A stretch of 64,000 bases of DNA, from assembly GCA_030141605.1 (NCBI GenBank), contig JAQGDQ010000410.1, positions 124,001 through 188,000 on the forward strand, given 5' to 3'. This DNA comes from Tubiluchus corallicola (lineage: Eukaryota > Animalia > Priapulida). Positions 62,921-64,000 of this stretch are shown here, in pieces; the first letter of the stretch is position 1; every line of letters starts with the position of its first letter. The position numbers and the translations under genes were made by a program. Under the pieces are notes generated by a model. The model had not been told where the DNA came from. It did no database searches and saw only the letters and a list, made by a program, of their open reading frames with translations.

Positions 62921-64000
62921 TTATATATATATATATATATATATATAATATCTTTATTTGCCATTAAAAACAATGATGACAAACATTATACAATGCATTA
63001 AAATCATCGGGTGTACTTAACTAAAGATTTAATCACAGCACCCGATAAAATGCACAAGCACAAGCACACTAATTACCAATACGATGAGACAATGACAATA
63101 GGACGCACACAAGCATACACGATTATCAAGTACGCGTTAAAATTACATACATTAAATACTCTAAGAAGAACATTAAAATGCACTTAAAAAATTATTTGTA
63201 CATATACATAATACACGTGTCGTCAAAAGCACGAAGAATCACGTACATTAAAGCAAATTTTAATTAAAAGCAAACACTAAAAATGCACTGAAGAACATGA
63301 TTATTGATGCACATCACATATACATATCCTCAAGTGGGCACAAAATTACATTGATTCTAAGATCTTAAGAAACAGCATTATATAAAGCATAATTATATTA
63401 TTAATTATTCATGATGGCCGCGGGAAAACAAAATTGTTGTTTCGGTGTACATTATCATTGTTGTAGCTCGGTTGGTCATACCGGTTCATATAAAGAGCTT
63501 TTAATCTAGTTTTAAATTTTGGAAACGTGTCTTGTTTCTTTATGTTACTTGGGAGTGAGTTCCATAGGTAAATTGCCCATTTAGCTATGGAATTGTTACC
63601 ATATTTGTTGTTAGTCGTGATTTGTGCAATGTTGGATGTGCGGCTGTTTAGTGCAGGATTTTGAAGAAGAGGCAGTTCATTATTAGTAAATGGTACGCTA
63701 ATCTGTTTTATGTATTTGTAGAGGAAAATTAATGTGTGGTAATCCCTATGTGCTTCCAGGATTGGTATTTTCAGCGAGGATCTTGTTTGCGTAGCAGAGA
63801 AATATTTGGTTTTATTAGCAGCCTTGTGTGATTGTCCAGAAATCAGTCTGAGGCCATAATTTTTAAGAGTGCTTAATTTATTGAAGTTTTCTCTTGAAAA
63901 GTTCTGACATAAACTACAGCCATAGATATAGTGAGGCATTGCAATGTTTTATACATCTGGAATTTAGTTTGCCAATTTAGTTGCCCCCTTACTTGTCGTA
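62921..64000 (-). mobile_element. 3' end of a CR1/L2-group LINE (frameshifted ORF2 C-terminus, 3'UTR, AATAAA and (TA)n tail) in the intron of RasGEF gene 2
   Basis: ORF 63409-63939 (PHYIYG..LRLI..L.IP.LE.HR..LWNSLP..IK....FK..LK) is typical of the post-RT region; frameshift near 63940; AATAAA at 62958-62953 followed immediately by (TA)n. Confidence 0.8.

Overview
AT-rich animal (invertebrate, most likely bilaterian) nuclear DNA with GT-AG spliceosomal introns; the species cannot be determined from the sequence. Genes supported: two tandem, intronless, secreted acetylcholine-binding-protein (AChBP)-like genes (1206-1937 and 2549-3283, minus); a secreted folate-receptor/HHIP-N/NPC1-N-type cysteine-rich protein (exons 8857-9063 and 3811/3815-3981, minus, probably with a further exon); Tob (27218-28300, plus); SRSF2/SC35 (3 coding exons, 42945-46097, minus); an intronless ethanolamine kinase (51386-52474, plus); and two tandem atypical CDC25/RasGEF genes (53258-59733 complete, 61385-62468 last exon only, both minus). 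The rest is microsatellites, MITEs, SINE/LINE remnants and tandem repeats. The most striking signal is the AChBP-like pair. Both keep the aromatic agonist cage and the vicinal loop-C cysteines, yet both lack the Cys-loop cysteines. They share a new cysteine pair (beta9 start and C-terminus) and three conserved His-His pairs, and they may be nested in an intron of the cysteine-rich gene. Also notable: RasGEF domains with a ~250-aa insertion in the catalytic hairpin, a possible SRSF2 3'UTR NMD/autoregulatory cassette, a 215-bp perfect inverted repeat, an intronic pre-miRNA-like hairpin and decayed Penelope-type hammerhead motifs. All coordinates and alignments were read by eye; no searches were run.
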